DNA from: an uncultured Bacillota bacterium
GTDB lineage: Bacteria; Bacillota; DTU025; MWDF01
Direction of reading: 5' to 3'
NCBI GenBank assembly: GCA_963823655.1
Contig: CAWGMK010000010.1
Coordinates: 425,755-457,754, forward strand
DNA length: 32,000 nucleotides
How positions within the stretch are numbered: position 1 is the stretch's first letter; every line of letters begins with the position of its first letter. The notes below the pieces were generated by a model. The model was given only the letters and a program-made list of their open reading frames with translations, did not search any database and had not been told where the DNA came from. The position numbers and the translations under genes were made by a program. Shown piece after piece: positions 1 to 9,782 of this stretch.

Positions 1-1410
1 AGGCCAACACGACTTACTACTACAGGGCTGTGGCCATGGACATCGCCGGCAATACGACGGCGTCCCAGGTCATGAGCTTCCAGACGAGCGCGCCTGTGCC
101 GACGGATACGACGGCGCCGGCAGGTACGATCGTGATAAACGACGGCACCAACTACACAAGGTCCAGGTACGTCTACTTGAACCTCTCGGCGAATGACAAC
201 ATCACACAGCAGGCCCAGTTGCAGTTTAGAATCGGCGAGGGAGCCAACAGCGTCAACATCAGCTGGGGCAGCTGGCAGCAGTACACATCAAGGGCATCTT
301 ATGCGATGACTGCAGGTGACGGCCAGAAGAACATATGGATCACCTACAGGGATGCGGCCGGCAACATCTCTCAGCCTGCCGTAGACTCGATAGTCCTCGA
401 TACTAGAGCGCCTTCCATAACGAACCTGACGGCGGGCAACATTAGCCAGAGCTCGGCGGTGGTGAGCTTCAATACCAGCGAGCCGGCCTATGCAAGCGTC
501 GAATACGGCACGTCCTCATTCTCCCTGAGCCTGGTATCCGGAGAGGGCGACGTGAGGTCCGCATCGATAAGCTCAGTTGAGCCCAGCTCGGTCATAATCA
601 CGCCGAACCCGCCGGCAACAAGGCCCGGGATGACGAGCTTCAGCGTGAACCTCACAGGGCTCAATGCGAATACTACTTACTACTACAGGGCCGTTGCGAT
701 GGATATCGCGGGCAACACCACGGCATCCCAGGTAATGAACTTCAGGACGGGTGCACCCGTGCCTACCGACAGTACGGCGCCAACGGGTTCGATAAGCATC
801 AACGACGGTACAAGGTACACAAGGTCCAGGTACGTCTACTTGAACCTGCTCGCACAGGACAACATGACGCAGCAGGCTGCGCTTCAGTACAGGGTGGGCG
901 AGGGGACCAACAGCTCCAACATCGGATGGGGCAGCTGGCAGCAGTTCTCGGCCAAAGTCGCGTTCACAATGTCCGCGACCAACGGCCAGAAGAACGTGTG
1001 GGTAAGCTACATGGATGCTGCCGGTAACACTTCCCAGCCTTACGTGGCGTCGATAATCCTGGACACCATAGCCCCTTCGATAAGCAACCTGACGGCAAGC
1101 GCCATAACGCAGTCATCGGCGACGATCAGCTGGAACACGAACGAACCCACGCTCGGCAGCGTAGAGTTCGGGAGCAGCCCGTCATCGCTCAATTCGGTAT
1201 CGGGAGATGCAAGCGTAAGGTCCGCTGCTGTAAGCTCAGTACAGCCCAGCACAGTGATAATTACGCCTCAGACAATCTCCTCGAAGACGGGCAATACGTC
1301 TTTCAGCCTCAATATCACAGGGCTTACGGCGAATACTACGTACTACTACAAGGCCGTTGCAATGGACCTTGCAGGAAACGCCACGGCATCGCAGACGGCA
1401 AGCTTCAGGA
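1..1410 (+). repeat. In-frame tandem repeat of a 663-bp (221-codon) module: two full copies plus partial copies at each end
   Basis: The anchor string ACTTACTACTACAGGG occurs at 12-27 and 675-690. A diverged copy, ACGTACTACTACAAGG, occurs at 1338-1353. The steps are therefore exactly 663 bp twice. The copies are clearly homologous but diverged at many positions. Confidence 0.85.
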
Positions 1411-1967
1411 CCTCGTCGATATCGGCGCCCCCTGTTGTGACCCCGCCTGTCATCACGCCTCCAGTCGTAGTACCGCCCATAGTGCAGCCGCCTGTGGTAA
1501 CGCCTCCCGTAGTAGTGCCGGGTTCGCCTACGGCTCTGATTAACCTCGCGGGCAAGTCGCAAGGGGCGAAGGCGGACTCCAACGCATGGAACAGCGGCAA
1601 TGTAGCGAGCATGGCGAACGACGAGAGCGCATCCTCCTTCTGGGAATCCGGCTCGACCCCTGATGATTCAGGTTCCGAGAGGCTAATCATTAATTTCGGC
1701 AAGTCCGTCACATTGAATACGGTAATACTGAAAGTCTCAGCCGCTGGCTATCCGAAGGCCTTCCGCCTGATGGCAGTCCTGAACAACAAGTGGACCCAGG
1801 TGGCCGAATTCAAGGACGGCAAGGTCAAGGGCAACACCAACGCACTCGAATTGCTCACGTTGAGCTTCAATGCGATAACGACCACATCCATAAGAATTGA
1901 GTTCCTCGATGTGGTGAAGAAGGGCGATCTGGTAAGGATATACGAAATAGAAGCATATAAGAAGTAA
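1..1967 (+). CDS. Large secreted/surface protein, 5'-truncated by the window edge: tandem Ig-like + FN3-like modules, Pro/Val-rich stalk, C-terminal F5/8 type C (discoidin / galactose-binding-like) domain
   Basis: The frame is open from the window edge (in phase with nt 3: ANTTYYYRAVAMD) to the TAA at 1965-1967. It shows repeated 'TAPxGxIxINDGxxYTRSRYVYLNL...GQKNxW...DAAGNxSQP' and 'APSIxNLTAxxIxQSSA...NTxEP...VEYGxS...ANTTYYYxAVAMDxAGN' units. A PPVVTPPVITPPVVVPP linker follows, then a discoidin-like tail (SSFWESG...RLIINFGKSVTLNTVILK...IRIEF...VRIYEIEAYKK). The domain names are pattern-based, not searched. Confidence 0.75.
   Translation, partial: ANTTYYYRAVAMDIAGNTTASQVMSFQTSAPVPTDTTAPAGTIVINDGTNYTRSRYVYLNLSANDNITQQAQLQFRIGEGANSVNISWGSWQQYTSRASYAMTAGDGQKNIWITYRDAAGNISQPAVDSIVLDTRAPSITNLTAGNISQSSAVVSFNTSEPAYASVEYGTSSFSLSLVSGEGDVRSASISSVEPSSVIITPNPPATRPGMTSFSVNLTGLNANTTYYYRAVAMDIAGNTTASQVMNFRTGAPVPTDSTAPTGSISINDGTRYTRSRYVYLNLLAQDNMTQQAALQYRVGEGTNSSNIGWGSWQQFSAKVAFTMSATNGQKNVWVSYMDAAGNTSQPYVASIILDTIAPSISNLTASAITQSSATISWNTNEPTLGSVEFGSSPSSLNSVSGDASVRSAAVSSVQPSTVIITPQTISSKTGNTSFSLNITGLTANTTYYYKAVAMDLAGNATASQTASFRTSSISAPPVVTPPVITPPVVVPPIVQPPVVTPPVVVPGSPTALINLAGKSQGAKADSNAWNSGNVASMANDESASSFWESGSTPDDSGSERLIINFGKSVTLNTVILKVSAAGYPKAFRLMAVLNNKWTQVAEFKDGKVKGNTNALELLTLSFNAITTTSIRIEFLDVVKKGDLVRIYEIEAYKK
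1427..1521 (+). repeat. Imperfect short tandem repeat (about 15 nt, PPVVT-like pentapeptide) encoding a Pro/Val linker
   Basis: The translation is APPVVTPPVITPPVVVPPIVQPPVVTPPVVVP. The DNA shows reiterated CCGCCTGT / CCTCC(A/C)GT motifs. Confidence 0.6.
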
Positions 1968-1985
1968 CTGTATAGACTATGAATG

Positions 1986-2025
1986 GCGCCGCGGGGCGGG
2001 AAGCCGTCCCGCGGCGCGTTCCTTT
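1986..2025 (+). terminator. GC-rich hairpin after the surface-protein gene; candidate intrinsic terminator
   Basis: GCGCCGCGGG (1986-1995) pairs with CCCGCGGCGC (2008-2017) around a 12-nt loop. GTTCCTTTGG follows, which is only a weak U-tract. Confidence 0.5.
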
Positions 2026-2037
2026 GGAGGGTTTACA

Positions 2038-3209
2038 TTGGGAGTCATAAAACTTCAAAATGGCAGGGACAAAAGGGTCAGGGCGGGGCATCTCTGGATA
2101 TTCGACGGTGAGATCGAATTCTATAAAGGACGCCCTTCCGGGAGACATCGCCGAAGTTGTCGGCAGCCACGGAACATTCCTGGGCAAGGCGATGATCAGC
2201 GGATCATCGAGCCTGAAAGCGCGCATGATGACGAAGCTCAACGTCGATGTCGACGACGCTTTCTATATGAGGGCGCTAAAAAGCTGCATCGCGCACAGGA
2301 AGGCCGTGGCAGGGGGCGCATCCTGCTACAGGGCGGTCAACAGCGAAGGGGACATGCTTCCCGGCCTTATAGTGGACGTATATGAGGACGTATTCGTGCT
2401 TCAGGCGACGACTCTGGGAATGGACATGAGGAAGGCCAAGCTTTCGAGGATGCTTTCGGAGCTTTTGGGGCTAAAGAAGGCCTATGAGCGCAGCGACATG
2501 CCGATTTGCAGGTACGAGGGCCTTGAGCCGGTCGCAGGTTTCATATCCGAGCCTTTCGACACGAAAGTCAGGATGCACGAAAACGGCATCATGATGGACA
2601 TTGATGTGGCGACCGGGCAGAAGACGGGCTATTATCTCGACCAGAGGGAGAACAGGCTCGCCGCCTCCCAGTACACAAACGGCGGGGATGTGCTCGACGC
2701 CTTCTGCTACAACGGAAGCTTCGGCCTTTTAGCGGGGCTTAAAGGGCGCAAGAAGCGTACACTTCCTGGACATGAGCGAGCCGGCCGTCGAACAGGCCAA
2801 GGCCAATGCCGCCTTAAACGGGCTTGAGGGGATAAGCAGCTTCAAGGCCGCGAATGCCTTCGACGAGCTCAACCACCTCGTCAAGGAGGGCGCCTCATAC
2901 GACCTGGTCATGCTGGATCCGCCTCCTTTCACCAGGAACAAGGAGGCCATCGAAGGGGCGATACGAGGCTACAAGGAGATCAACCTCAGAGGCATGAAGC
3001 TGACAAAGCCAGGAGGCTACCTTGTGACTTCGAGCTGCTCGCAGCACATAGGCATCGAGCTTTTCAAGGAAGTCATCGCCATGGCGGCGGCGGACGCCGG
3101 AAGGTATCTCCAGCTTGTAGAGTCAAGATCGCAGGCGAGGGATCATACGGTACTGCTTTCGATGACGGAGACCGACTATCTGAAGTGCCTGATATTCAGA
3201 GTAATTTAA
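2038..3209 (+). CDS. rlmI: RlmI-like class I SAM-dependent rRNA (cytosine-C5) methyltransferase (PUA-like N-terminus + MTase), interrupted by two apparent +1 frame changes
   Basis: Three ORF pieces are colinear with E. coli RlmI as I recall it. Frame 1 runs 2038 to about 2130 (MGVIKLQNGRDKRVRAGHLWIFDGEIEFYKG). Frame 2 runs to about 2742 (DALPGDIAEVV...KTGYYLDQRENR...VLDAFCYNGSFGLLAGLKG). Frame 3 runs to 3209 (ARSVHFLDMSEPAVEQA...VMLDPPPF...RGYKEIN...LVTSSCS). The TTG start at 2038 is preceded by GGAGGG (2026-2031). The frame changes sit at A/G runs near 2129-2134 and 2741-2746. Confidence 0.8.
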
Positions 3210-3223
3210 ATGGGAGGCAGCCC

Positions 3224-3253
3224 TTCCATTATCGAGCCGCTATATGTTATAAT
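3224..3253 (+). promoter_or_regulatory. Candidate extended -10 promoter for rpmE
   Basis: TGtTATAAT lies at 3245-3253, with a perfect TATAAT at 3248-3253. The -35 (TTCCAT, 3224-3229) is poor. The site is about 55 nt upstream of the rpmE ATG. Confidence 0.4.
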
Positions 3254-3307
3254 CCTTCTTGCTTTATGTCGAAGAGATAACTCCTTCTCTTTGTGGAGGT
3301 GTACAGA

Positions 3308-3505
3308 ATGAAGGAAAAGATACATCCAAAGTACAAGTTAACCAAGGTTACTTGCGCTTGTGGGGAGACTTTCGAGGTAGGATCAACAGCCGAAAACCTC
3401 AGAGTCGAGATCTGCTCCAAGTGCCACCCGTTCACTACCGGCGTCCAGAGAATAGTAGACACCGGCGGCAGGGTGGAGAAGTTCCGCAAAAAGCATAACC
3501 TTTAG
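3308..3505 (+). CDS. rpmE: 50S ribosomal protein L31, Zn-binding (type A) form
   Basis: The product reads MKEKIHPKY...VTCACGETF...[11 protein letters not shown]...RVEKFRKK, with CxC...CxxC motifs. GGAGG lies 8 nt upstream of the ATG at 3308. The upstream ATG at 3293 in the ORF track overlaps that RBS and is rejected. Confidence 0.93.
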   Translation: MKEKIHPKYKLTKVTCACGETFEVGSTAENLRVEICSKCHPFTTGVQRIVDTGGRVEKFRKKHNL

Positions 3506-3555
3506 CAGTCCGGGCGGAGCCGAAGCTCTGCTTCAGCTTTGCCCAGATCGCGAAT

Positions 3556-3600
3556 ATGTCGGAGCCTTGCTATATGCTAAGGCTCCGACATTATTTTATA
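3556..3600 (+). terminator. Rho-independent terminator after rpmE
   Basis: A perfect 13-bp stem pairs ATGTCGGAGCCTT (3556-3568) with AAGGCTCCGACAT (3579-3591). The loop is 10 nt and TATTTTATA follows. Confidence 0.8.
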
Positions 3601-3636
3601 ATGAGTTGGACAAGCTTTATTTGGGGGTTGTTTCTG

Positions 3637-4224
3637 ATGGATATGAGAGGAAACCATCCGGGCGGCTGGATAGAGGTCATCTGCGGCTCCATGTTCTCCG
3701 GCAAGAGCGAGGAGCTCATCAGGCGGGTGAAGCGGGCGCGGATAGCAAAGCAGAAGGTGGTTGTCCTCAAACATTCCATAGACGACAGGTTCTCTTCCAA
3801 GGAAGTCGTCTCCCACGACGGCGACAAGCTTGAAAGCATCCCGGTTGCCAACTCAAAGGACATATTCTCCATAGTCCCGCTCGGGACGCATGTAGTGGCA
3901 ATAGACGAGGCCCAGTTTTTTGACGAGGGCCTGGTGGGAATCTGCGATACATTGGCCGCCAACGGCGTTAGGGTAATAGTGGCGGGCCTTGATACCAACT
4001 TCAGAGGAGATCCATTCGGCCCCATGCCGATGCTTTTGGCGCTTGCGGAGGACGTCAGCAAGCTTAACGCCATCTGCATGAAATGCGGAGCCCCGGCGTC
4101 GAGGACGCAGAGGCTGGTAAACGGCAAGCCCGCCAAATACGACGATCCGGTCGTAATGATCGGGGCCAGCGAGTCCTACGAAGCCAGATGCCGGAGGTGC
4201 CACGAGGTCCCCGGCAGACCATAA
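3637..4224 (+). CDS. tdk: Thymidine kinase
   Basis: It has a P-loop ([14 protein letters not shown]), the motif [10 protein letters not shown], and a C-terminal Zn motif ([13 protein letters not shown]...CRRCH). I place the start at ATG 3637, because the ORF-track start at 3556 lies inside the rpmE terminator hairpin. Confidence 0.9.
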   Translation: MDMRGNHPGGWIEVICGSMFSGKSEELIRRVKRARIAKQKVVVLKHSIDDRFSSKEVVSHDGDKLESIPVANSKDIFSIVPLGTHVVAIDEAQFFDEGLVGICDTLAANGVRVIVAGLDTNFRGDPFGPMPMLLALAEDVSKLNAICMKCGAPASRTQRLVNGKPAKYDDPVVMIGASESYEARCRRCHEVPGRP

Positions 4225-4243
4225 TCCCATGTGAGGTGTATTT

Positions 4244-5149
4244 ATGAGCGAGAAACACAGCTACGGCGGCCAGGCGGTGCTCGAGGGCGTCATGATGAGA
4301 GGGCGCAAGGGCATAGCGGTGGCCGTAAGGAAGCCTGACGGTCAGATAAGCATGTACAAGAAGCTGATGAAAGAGGACAAGAAGCCGGCGCTGTTCAAGA
4401 TGCCCGTAATCAGGGGAGTTGTGAACTTCGTCGAGACGCTGGTAATCGGCATGGACGCGCTCATGTTCTCAGCGAACGAGGCGACAGGACAGGACGAGAA
4501 GCTTACAAGCTGGGAAGTGGCGCTGACCTTACTAGCGTCTTTCGGACTCTTTGTGGGCCTTTTCATTGTTCTTCCCAATGTCCTCGTGTCCATCATATCG
4601 AGGTATTTCGCAAGCATTTTCGTCATCAACCTTATAGAAGGCGCGCTCAGGCTCGCGATATTCGGCCTCTACCTGTACGGGATATCCTACATGAAGGACA
4701 TAAAGAGGCTCTTCGCATACCATGGGGCGGAGCATAAAGTCATAGCCGCCTATGAAGCTGATGAACCTCTGGACACAGCGCACATCCAGGCCCATACGAC
4801 GATGCATACCAGATGCGGCACCAACTTCCTTCTCATAGTCATGTTCGTTTCGATACTGATTTACTCGGTGCTGGGCAGGCAGACGATACTCGCCCGCATC
4901 GCGACAAGGATAGTATTGCTGCCCGTAATCGCAGGCCTTGCCTATGAGCTGTTCAAGCTGGCCGCCAAAAAGCGCGACAGCGCAATACTAAGGGCCGTCT
5001 CGTACCCCGGCTTGCAGCTGCAGAAGCTTACGACCAAGCAGCCGGACAACGATATGGTGGAAGTGGCGCTTGCGGCGTTCAAAGGAGCACTTGAGATGGA
5101 CGGGGAGCCTGTGCCTGCGATTGAGGCCGGCACGGTTCAGGAAGGATAA
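4244..5149 (+). CDS. DUF1385-family membrane protein (the type commonly found next to prfA/prmC in Bacillota)
   Basis: The N-terminus is [14 protein letters not shown]. Internal motifs are [10 protein letters not shown] and HTRCGTNFL, and there are several hydrophobic helices. GAGGTG lies 6 nt upstream of the ATG. Confidence 0.8.
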   Translation: MSEKHSYGGQAVLEGVMMRGRKGIAVAVRKPDGQISMYKKLMKEDKKPALFKMPVIRGVVNFVETLVIGMDALMFSANEATGQDEKLTSWEVALTLLASFGLFVGLFIVLPNVLVSIISRYFASIFVINLIEGALRLAIFGLYLYGISYMKDIKRLFAYHGAEHKVIAAYEADEPLDTAHIQAHTTMHTRCGTNFLLIVMFVSILIYSVLGRQTILARIATRIVLLPVIAGLAYELFKLAAKKRDSAILRAVSYPGLQLQKLTTKQPDNDMVEVALAAFKGALEMDGEPVPAIEAGTVQEG

Positions 5150-5157
5150 ATTTCCAA

Positions 5158-6225
5158 ATGGTTGAGAAGCTCTTAGACGTCGAGAAGAGATATGAGGAGC
5201 TAGAAAGAAGCCTCTCCTCACCCGATGTCGTATCCGACATGGATCAATTCAGGAAGCTCTCGAAGGCCCATTCGTCCCTGACTCCGATAGTGGAGAACTT
5301 CAGGGAGCTCAGGACGGTCGAGGAGCAGCTTGCAGGCGCAAATGATATGCTCTGGCACGAGGATGACCCCGAGCTTAAGCAGATGGCCTCGGAGGAAGTA
5401 AGCTCCCTGCAAAAAAGGCAGGAGCAGCTCAACGACAAGCTTAAGCTGCTGCTTCTCCCCAAGGACCCACTCGATGAGAAGAACGTAATCCTCGAGATTA
5501 GGGCGGGAACCGGCGGCGAGGAGGCGGCCCTTTTCGGAGGGGACCTGCTTCGCATGTACGGCAGGTACGCCGAGCGCAGAGGATGGGCACTTGAGCCCAT
5601 GAGCATGTCAGAAACGGGCCTGGGAGGCTTTAAAGAGGCCATCGTGATGATCTCGGGCGACCAGGTTTACTCGCGCCTGAAGTTCGAATCAGGGGCCCAC
5701 AGGGTGCAGCGCATCCCTGAGACCGAGGCGCAGGGCAGGATACACACATCCGCCGCCACGGTAGCTGTCATGCCAGAAGCAGAGGAAGTGGACGTTGAGA
5801 TCAACCCGAACGATCTTAGAGTCGACGTCTTCAGAGCAGGCGGGCACGGCGGCCAGGGCGTAAACATGACGGACTCAGCCGTAAGGATTACCCATATGCC
5901 TTCAGGGCTGGTAGTACAGTGCCAGGACGAAAGGTCGCAGCTTAAGAACAAGGAGAAGGCGATGAAGGTGCTTCGCTCAAGGCTGCTGGAAAAGACCATA
6001 GAGGAGCAGCAGTCGAAGTACTCGCAGCAGAGGAAGAGCCTTGTCGGAAGCGGCGACAGGTCCGAGCGCATAAGGACATACAATTTCCCGCAAAACCGCA
6101 TGACGGACCACAGGATAGGCCTTACGCTGCATAAGCTGGATATGATAGTCGACGGCGACCTTGACGAGATAATTGACGCGCTGATACTCAAGGAACAGAG
6201 CGAAAGGCTAAAGAAGGATGAGTAG
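5158..6225 (+). CDS. prfA: Peptide chain release factor 1
   Basis: It has the GGQ motif ([18 protein letters not shown]), the RF1-type PET tripeptide in RIPETE, and [16 protein letters not shown]. Confidence 0.95.
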   Translation: MVEKLLDVEKRYEELERSLSSPDVVSDMDQFRKLSKAHSSLTPIVENFRELRTVEEQLAGANDMLWHEDDPELKQMASEEVSSLQKRQEQLNDKLKLLLLPKDPLDEKNVILEIRAGTGGEEAALFGGDLLRMYGRYAERRGWALEPMSMSETGLGGFKEAIVMISGDQVYSRLKFESGAHRVQRIPETEAQGRIHTSAATVAVMPEAEEVDVEINPNDLRVDVFRAGGHGGQGVNMTDSAVRITHMPSGLVVQCQDERSQLKNKEKAMKVLRSRLLEKTIEEQQSKYSQQRKSLVGSGDRSERIRTYNFPQNRMTDHRIGLTLHKLDMIVDGDLDEIIDALILKEQSERLKKDE

Positions 6226-7090
6226 GCAGGATGGAGGGCACACTGTGCTCGACCTCCTGAACAAATCGGCGGGCTACCTCGCCCAGAAGGGGTCACCCTC
6301 GCCAAGGCTTGATGCAGAGCTCCTGCTTGCCAACGTATTGGGCTGCAGCAGGATATCCTTGTATGTAGGATTCGACAAGCCCCTTGGCGAAGATGAAGTG
6401 AACTCTTACCGGCAGCTTGTAATGCGCAGGGGACGCAGGGAGCCGGTAGCCTATATAATCGGCAAGAAGGAATTCATGGGGCGCGATTTCGCAGTCCAAG
6501 CCGGGGCCCTGGTCCCAAGGCCTGAGACCGAGCTGATGGCGGAGCGCGGCATTGAGGCTATACGCAGCGCAGATGAGCCTCTGGCGGCCGAGCTGTGCTG
6601 CGGAAGCGGGGCGGCTGGCATATGCCTTGCCCTGGCCCGCAAGGAGTGCAGGCTGCTGCTGACCGACATCTCGGACGAATGCCTCTCGGTGGCAAGGGCG
6701 AATGTCGAGGCCCACAAGCTGTCCGACAGGGCAGAAGTATTGAAAAGTGACCTTTTTGAATCGTGGCCGGCCCATTATGCAGGGCAATTTTCGGTGATCA
6801 TCGCAAACCCGCCGTATATACCCTCGGCGGAGATAGACGGCCTGGAGCCCGAAGTGTCGCTGCATGAGCCAAGGCTGGCCCTGGACGGCGGCCCCGACGG
6901 GCTGGACCTTTACAGAAGGATAGCCCGGGAAGCTTCGCATTGGCTCAAGGCACAGGGCGTGCTTGTGCTGGAAGTCGGGCACGATCAGTCTCGCGACGTC
7001 GGTAAGCTCCTGGTTGATGCCGGTTTAAAGGATGTACGCTACCACAAGGACCTTCAGGATTATGAGAGGGTAGTCGAGGCTATCGCTTAA
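6218..7090 (+). CDS. prmC: Release-factor glutamine N5-methyltransferase
   Basis: It has LDAELLL near the N-terminus, a SAM-binding segment and the NPPY motif ([10 protein letters not shown]). It overlaps the prfA stop by 8 nt. Confidence 0.9.
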   Translation: MSRQDGGHTVLDLLNKSAGYLAQKGSPSPRLDAELLLANVLGCSRISLYVGFDKPLGEDEVNSYRQLVMRRGRREPVAYIIGKKEFMGRDFAVQAGALVPRPETELMAERGIEAIRSADEPLAAELCCGSGAAGICLALARKECRLLLTDISDECLSVARANVEAHKLSDRAEVLKSDLFESWPAHYAGQFSVIIANPPYIPSAEIDGLEPEVSLHEPRLALDGGPDGLDLYRRIAREASHWLKAQGVLVLEVGHDQSRDVGKLLVDAGLKDVRYHKDLQDYERVVEAIA

Positions 7091-7102
7091 GGGGGGCTTC
7101 CT

Positions 7103-8200
7103 ATGAACACCGTGTTTGTGAACATGGCGTCGGGCATCAAGGAAGAATACATAGCGAAAGCGGCCGAGATCATAAGATCCGGAGGGCTCGTAGCATTCCC
7201 CACGGAGACAGTGTACGGTCTGGGAGCCAGCGGCTTCGACCCGCAGGCGGTGGCCAAGATCTTCAAGGCGAAGGGCAGGCCGCAGGACAATCCGCTCATC
7301 TTGCACATATCCAAGCTGGACGACCTTTTTGAGCTGGCCAGCGAAGTGCCGCCGGAGGCGATCAAGCTTGCCAACTTGTTCTGGCCGGGCCCGTTGACCA
7401 TGGTGCTCAAGAAGAAGCCGATAGTGCCCGACACCGTAACCGCGGGCCTTCAGACCGTGGCCATACGCATGCCCGCGAACGACATCGCATTGAGGCTCAT
7501 AGAAGCCTCCGGTGTGCCCATCGCCGCCCCCAGCGCCAACGTCTCAGGAAGGCCCAGCCCCACATCGGCGGAGCATGTCATGAGCGACCTGTCAGGAGTA
7601 ATTGACATGGTAATCGACGGGGGGCCGACGAGAATAGGCGTAGAATCCACAGTGCTGGACATAAGCGACGCCACGCCGGTGCTCTTAAGGCCGGGAGGGT
7701 TGGGGCTTGAGGATTTAAAACTTGTCCTTCCCGATATCGAGATGGGAATGGACAATCCGGACGGGCCTGCGAAATCGCCGGGGCTCAGGCACAAGCACTA
7801 TGCGCCCAAAGCGCCCCTGTTTCTTTATAAAGGCCCGGTCGACGAGCAGATAGCCACAATCAGCCAGGAGATGGTCTCGCTCGCTAGAAACGGCAGCAGG
7901 GTGGGCGTTTTGGCGGCGGCTGGCGAACTGGAGGCCATAAGGAAGAGCGCGCGACTTGCCGGCCTTTCGGCAAACGACGCCCCGTGCGGCGAATCGGACA
8001 TCGTGTATGCGGCAACGGGCAGGCGGGATCGGATGTATGAGATCGCCTCATCGCTTTTCGCATGCCTCAGGCAGCTTGATGCCTCGGACGTGTCAATTAT
8101 TCTGGCGACATCATATATTGAAGAAGGGCTCGGTTACGCGGTCATGAACCGGCTGGTGCGCGCAAGCGACGGCAGGGTCCTAATGGTTGAGGAAAGATGA
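7103..8200 (+). CDS. tsaC: L-threonylcarbamoyladenylate synthase, long Sua5/YwlC form (YrdC domain + Sua5 C-terminal domain)
   Basis: It contains [41 protein letters not shown] and ESTVLD. The 365-aa length fits the two-domain form. Confidence 0.88.
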   Translation: MNTVFVNMASGIKEEYIAKAAEIIRSGGLVAFPTETVYGLGASGFDPQAVAKIFKAKGRPQDNPLILHISKLDDLFELASEVPPEAIKLANLFWPGPLTMVLKKKPIVPDTVTAGLQTVAIRMPANDIALRLIEASGVPIAAPSANVSGRPSPTSAEHVMSDLSGVIDMVIDGGPTRIGVESTVLDISDATPVLLRPGGLGLEDLKLVLPDIEMGMDNPDGPAKSPGLRHKHYAPKAPLFLYKGPVDEQIATISQEMVSLARNGSRVGVLAAAGELEAIRKSARLAGLSANDAPCGESDIVYAATGRRDRMYEIASSLFACLRQLDASDVSIILATSYIEEGLGYAVMNRLVRASDGRVLMVEER

Positions 8201-8216
8201 TTTCGGAGGTGCTCGG

Positions 8217-9302
8217 ATGAATATTTCTATAGGTTGCGACCATGCCGGCATTGAGCTGAAGACGGCGCTTATCGGAAGGATCGCCTCACTGGGGCATACT
8301 GTCCGCGACAGGGGGACTCATGCTACCACTTCGGTGGACTACCCGGATTTCGCTTCCATAGTCTGTGCGGACGTGGCATCGGGCCAGTCTGACAGGGGCG
8401 TGCTCATATGCGGCACGGGCATCGGGATGTCGATGGCCGCCAACAAGATAAAAGGCATAAGGGCGGCGCTCGTATACGATATGGACACCGCGCGCCTGTC
8501 AAGGGCTCATAACGACGCCAATGTGCTCTGCCTGGGCGCCAGGACCCCTAGCGCAGCCATTGCGCCTGAGATACTGGAGCTGTGGCTTGCCACAGCTTTT
8601 GACGACGGCAGGCACAGCCGCAGGGTATGCAAGATAGATGCGCTGGCCATTGCCAGAGAGGGCTGGGAGGGGCTCAATAACGTACATGTGATCAACCACC
8701 CTCTCATACAGCACAAGCTGTCGCTCATAAGGCAGAAGCAGACCGAGCCGCGCCATTTCAGGGACCTGGTTTCGGAGATCGCAAAGCTCATGGCATACGA
8801 AGTCACAAGGGATGTACCGCTTGCGGAAATCGAGATCGAGACGCCGATCTGCTCCGCCAAGGGCAAGGTCATGGCCGGCAAGCACTTCGGCATCGTTGCA
8901 ATATTAAGAGCAGGCCTTGCGATGGCAGAATCAATACTCGAGATAATGCCCGGCGCAAGGATGGGCCATATCGGCCTCTACAGGGATCCCTGCACGCTAA
9001 AGCCCGTGCAGTACTACTCGAAGCTTCCCCAGGACACAGCAGACCGGAGCATGATACTAGTCGACCCCATGCTTGCGACCGGAGGCACGATAATAAAGGG
9101 CATCGACCTGCTCAAGCAGGCAGGCGCCAAGGGTATCAAGGTGGTCAGCATCGTCTCCGCCCCTATCGGGATCAGGAACATCGTCCAGGCCCATCCGGAT
9201 GTGGAGATCTTCGTGGCTTCAGTCGACGAGAAGCTAAACGACCACGGCTACATAGTCCCCGGGCTGGGGGATGCGGGCGACAGGCTTTACGGCACCAAGT
9301 AA
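8217..9302 (+). CDS. Fusion protein: ribose-5-phosphate isomerase B (N-terminal ~150 aa) + uracil phosphoribosyltransferase (C-terminal ~210 aa)
   Basis: The RpiB part reads [15 protein letters not shown]...[15 protein letters not shown]...GRHSRRV. The Upp part reads [17 protein letters not shown]...VAILRAGL...[12 protein letters not shown]...[17 protein letters not shown]. There is no stop between them. The ATG at 8217 is preceded by GGAGG (8205-8209). Confidence 0.85.
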   Translation: MNISIGCDHAGIELKTALIGRIASLGHTVRDRGTHATTSVDYPDFASIVCADVASGQSDRGVLICGTGIGMSMAANKIKGIRAALVYDMDTARLSRAHNDANVLCLGARTPSAAIAPEILELWLATAFDDGRHSRRVCKIDALAIAREGWEGLNNVHVINHPLIQHKLSLIRQKQTEPRHFRDLVSEIAKLMAYEVTRDVPLAEIEIETPICSAKGKVMAGKHFGIVAILRAGLAMAESILEIMPGARMGHIGLYRDPCTLKPVQYYSKLPQDTADRSMILVDPMLATGGTIIKGIDLLKQAGAKGIKVVSIVSAPIGIRNIVQAHPDVEIFVASVDEKLNDHGYIVPGLGDAGDRLYGTK

Positions 9303-9305
9303 GGG

Positions 9306-9782
9306 GTGGACAGGATGGTCGACAGGCCCAGCTGGGACAGATACTTCATGGATATAGCGGTGATGGTCGCGACTAGGTCCACCTGCATGAGAAGAAGCGT
9401 AGGTGCCATCGCTGTGAACAACAGGCGGATACTCGCCACAGGCTACAATGGCACGCCAAAGGGGCTCAGGCATTGCACCGAAGTGGGCTGCATAAGGCAG
9501 GAGCTGGGCATACCGTCGGGCCAGAGGCACGAGCTTTGCCGCGGCCTGCATGCGGAGCAGAACTGCATAATACAAGCGGCGGTCCACGGAGTGCAGCTGG
9601 ACGGCTCGACCATATACTGTACTTTCCAACCCTGCGCAGTGTGCGCCAAGATGCTCATAAACGCCGGCATATCGGAGGTCGTCTACGAGGGGGGTTACCC
9701 CGACGAGATGGCTGTGTCGATGCTTAATGAGGCGGGGGTAAAGCTAAGAAGGCTAGAGCCGGAAGCGGAGGTTGGCGGCTGA
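9306..9782 (+). CDS. comEB: dCMP deaminase (ComEB-type cytidine/deoxycytidylate deaminase)
   Basis: It contains [21 protein letters not shown] and [14 protein letters not shown]. The start could be GTG 9306 or ATG 9315. Confidence 0.85.
   Translation: MDRMVDRPSWDRYFMDIAVMVATRSTCMRRSVGAIAVNNRRILATGYNGTPKGLRHCTEVGCIRQELGIPSGQRHELCRGLHAEQNCIIQAAVHGVQLDGSTIYCTFQPCAVCAKMLINAGISEVVYEGGYPDEMAVSMLNEAGVKLRRLEPEAEVGG

Noticed and set aside
1427-1521. The Pro/Val-coding short repeat as a non-coding microsatellite or CRISPR-like repeat.
   Set aside because: It is in frame within a continuous ORF, imperfect and without spacers. It encodes a typical PPVVT-type linker.
2131-2385. The continuation of ORF 2038-2385 beyond codon ~31 (…RPSGRHRRSCRQPRNIPGQGDDQR…).
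   Set aside because: It is Arg-rich nonsense. RlmI homology continues instead in the frame of ORF 2060-2827, so this part is an out-of-frame read-through caused by the frame change near 2130.
3556-3636. The N-terminal extension of the tdk ORF ([27 protein letters not shown]).
   Set aside because: It overlaps the perfect 13-bp rpmE terminator hairpin and the AT-rich spacer. Thymidine kinase homology begins at the P-loop just after ATG 3637.
8187-8216. The upstream start of the rpiB-upp ORF ([10 protein letters not shown]).
   Set aside because: RpiB homologues start at MxIxIGxDHAG. ATG 8217 has a well-spaced GGAGG, and the extension overlaps the sua5 3' end.
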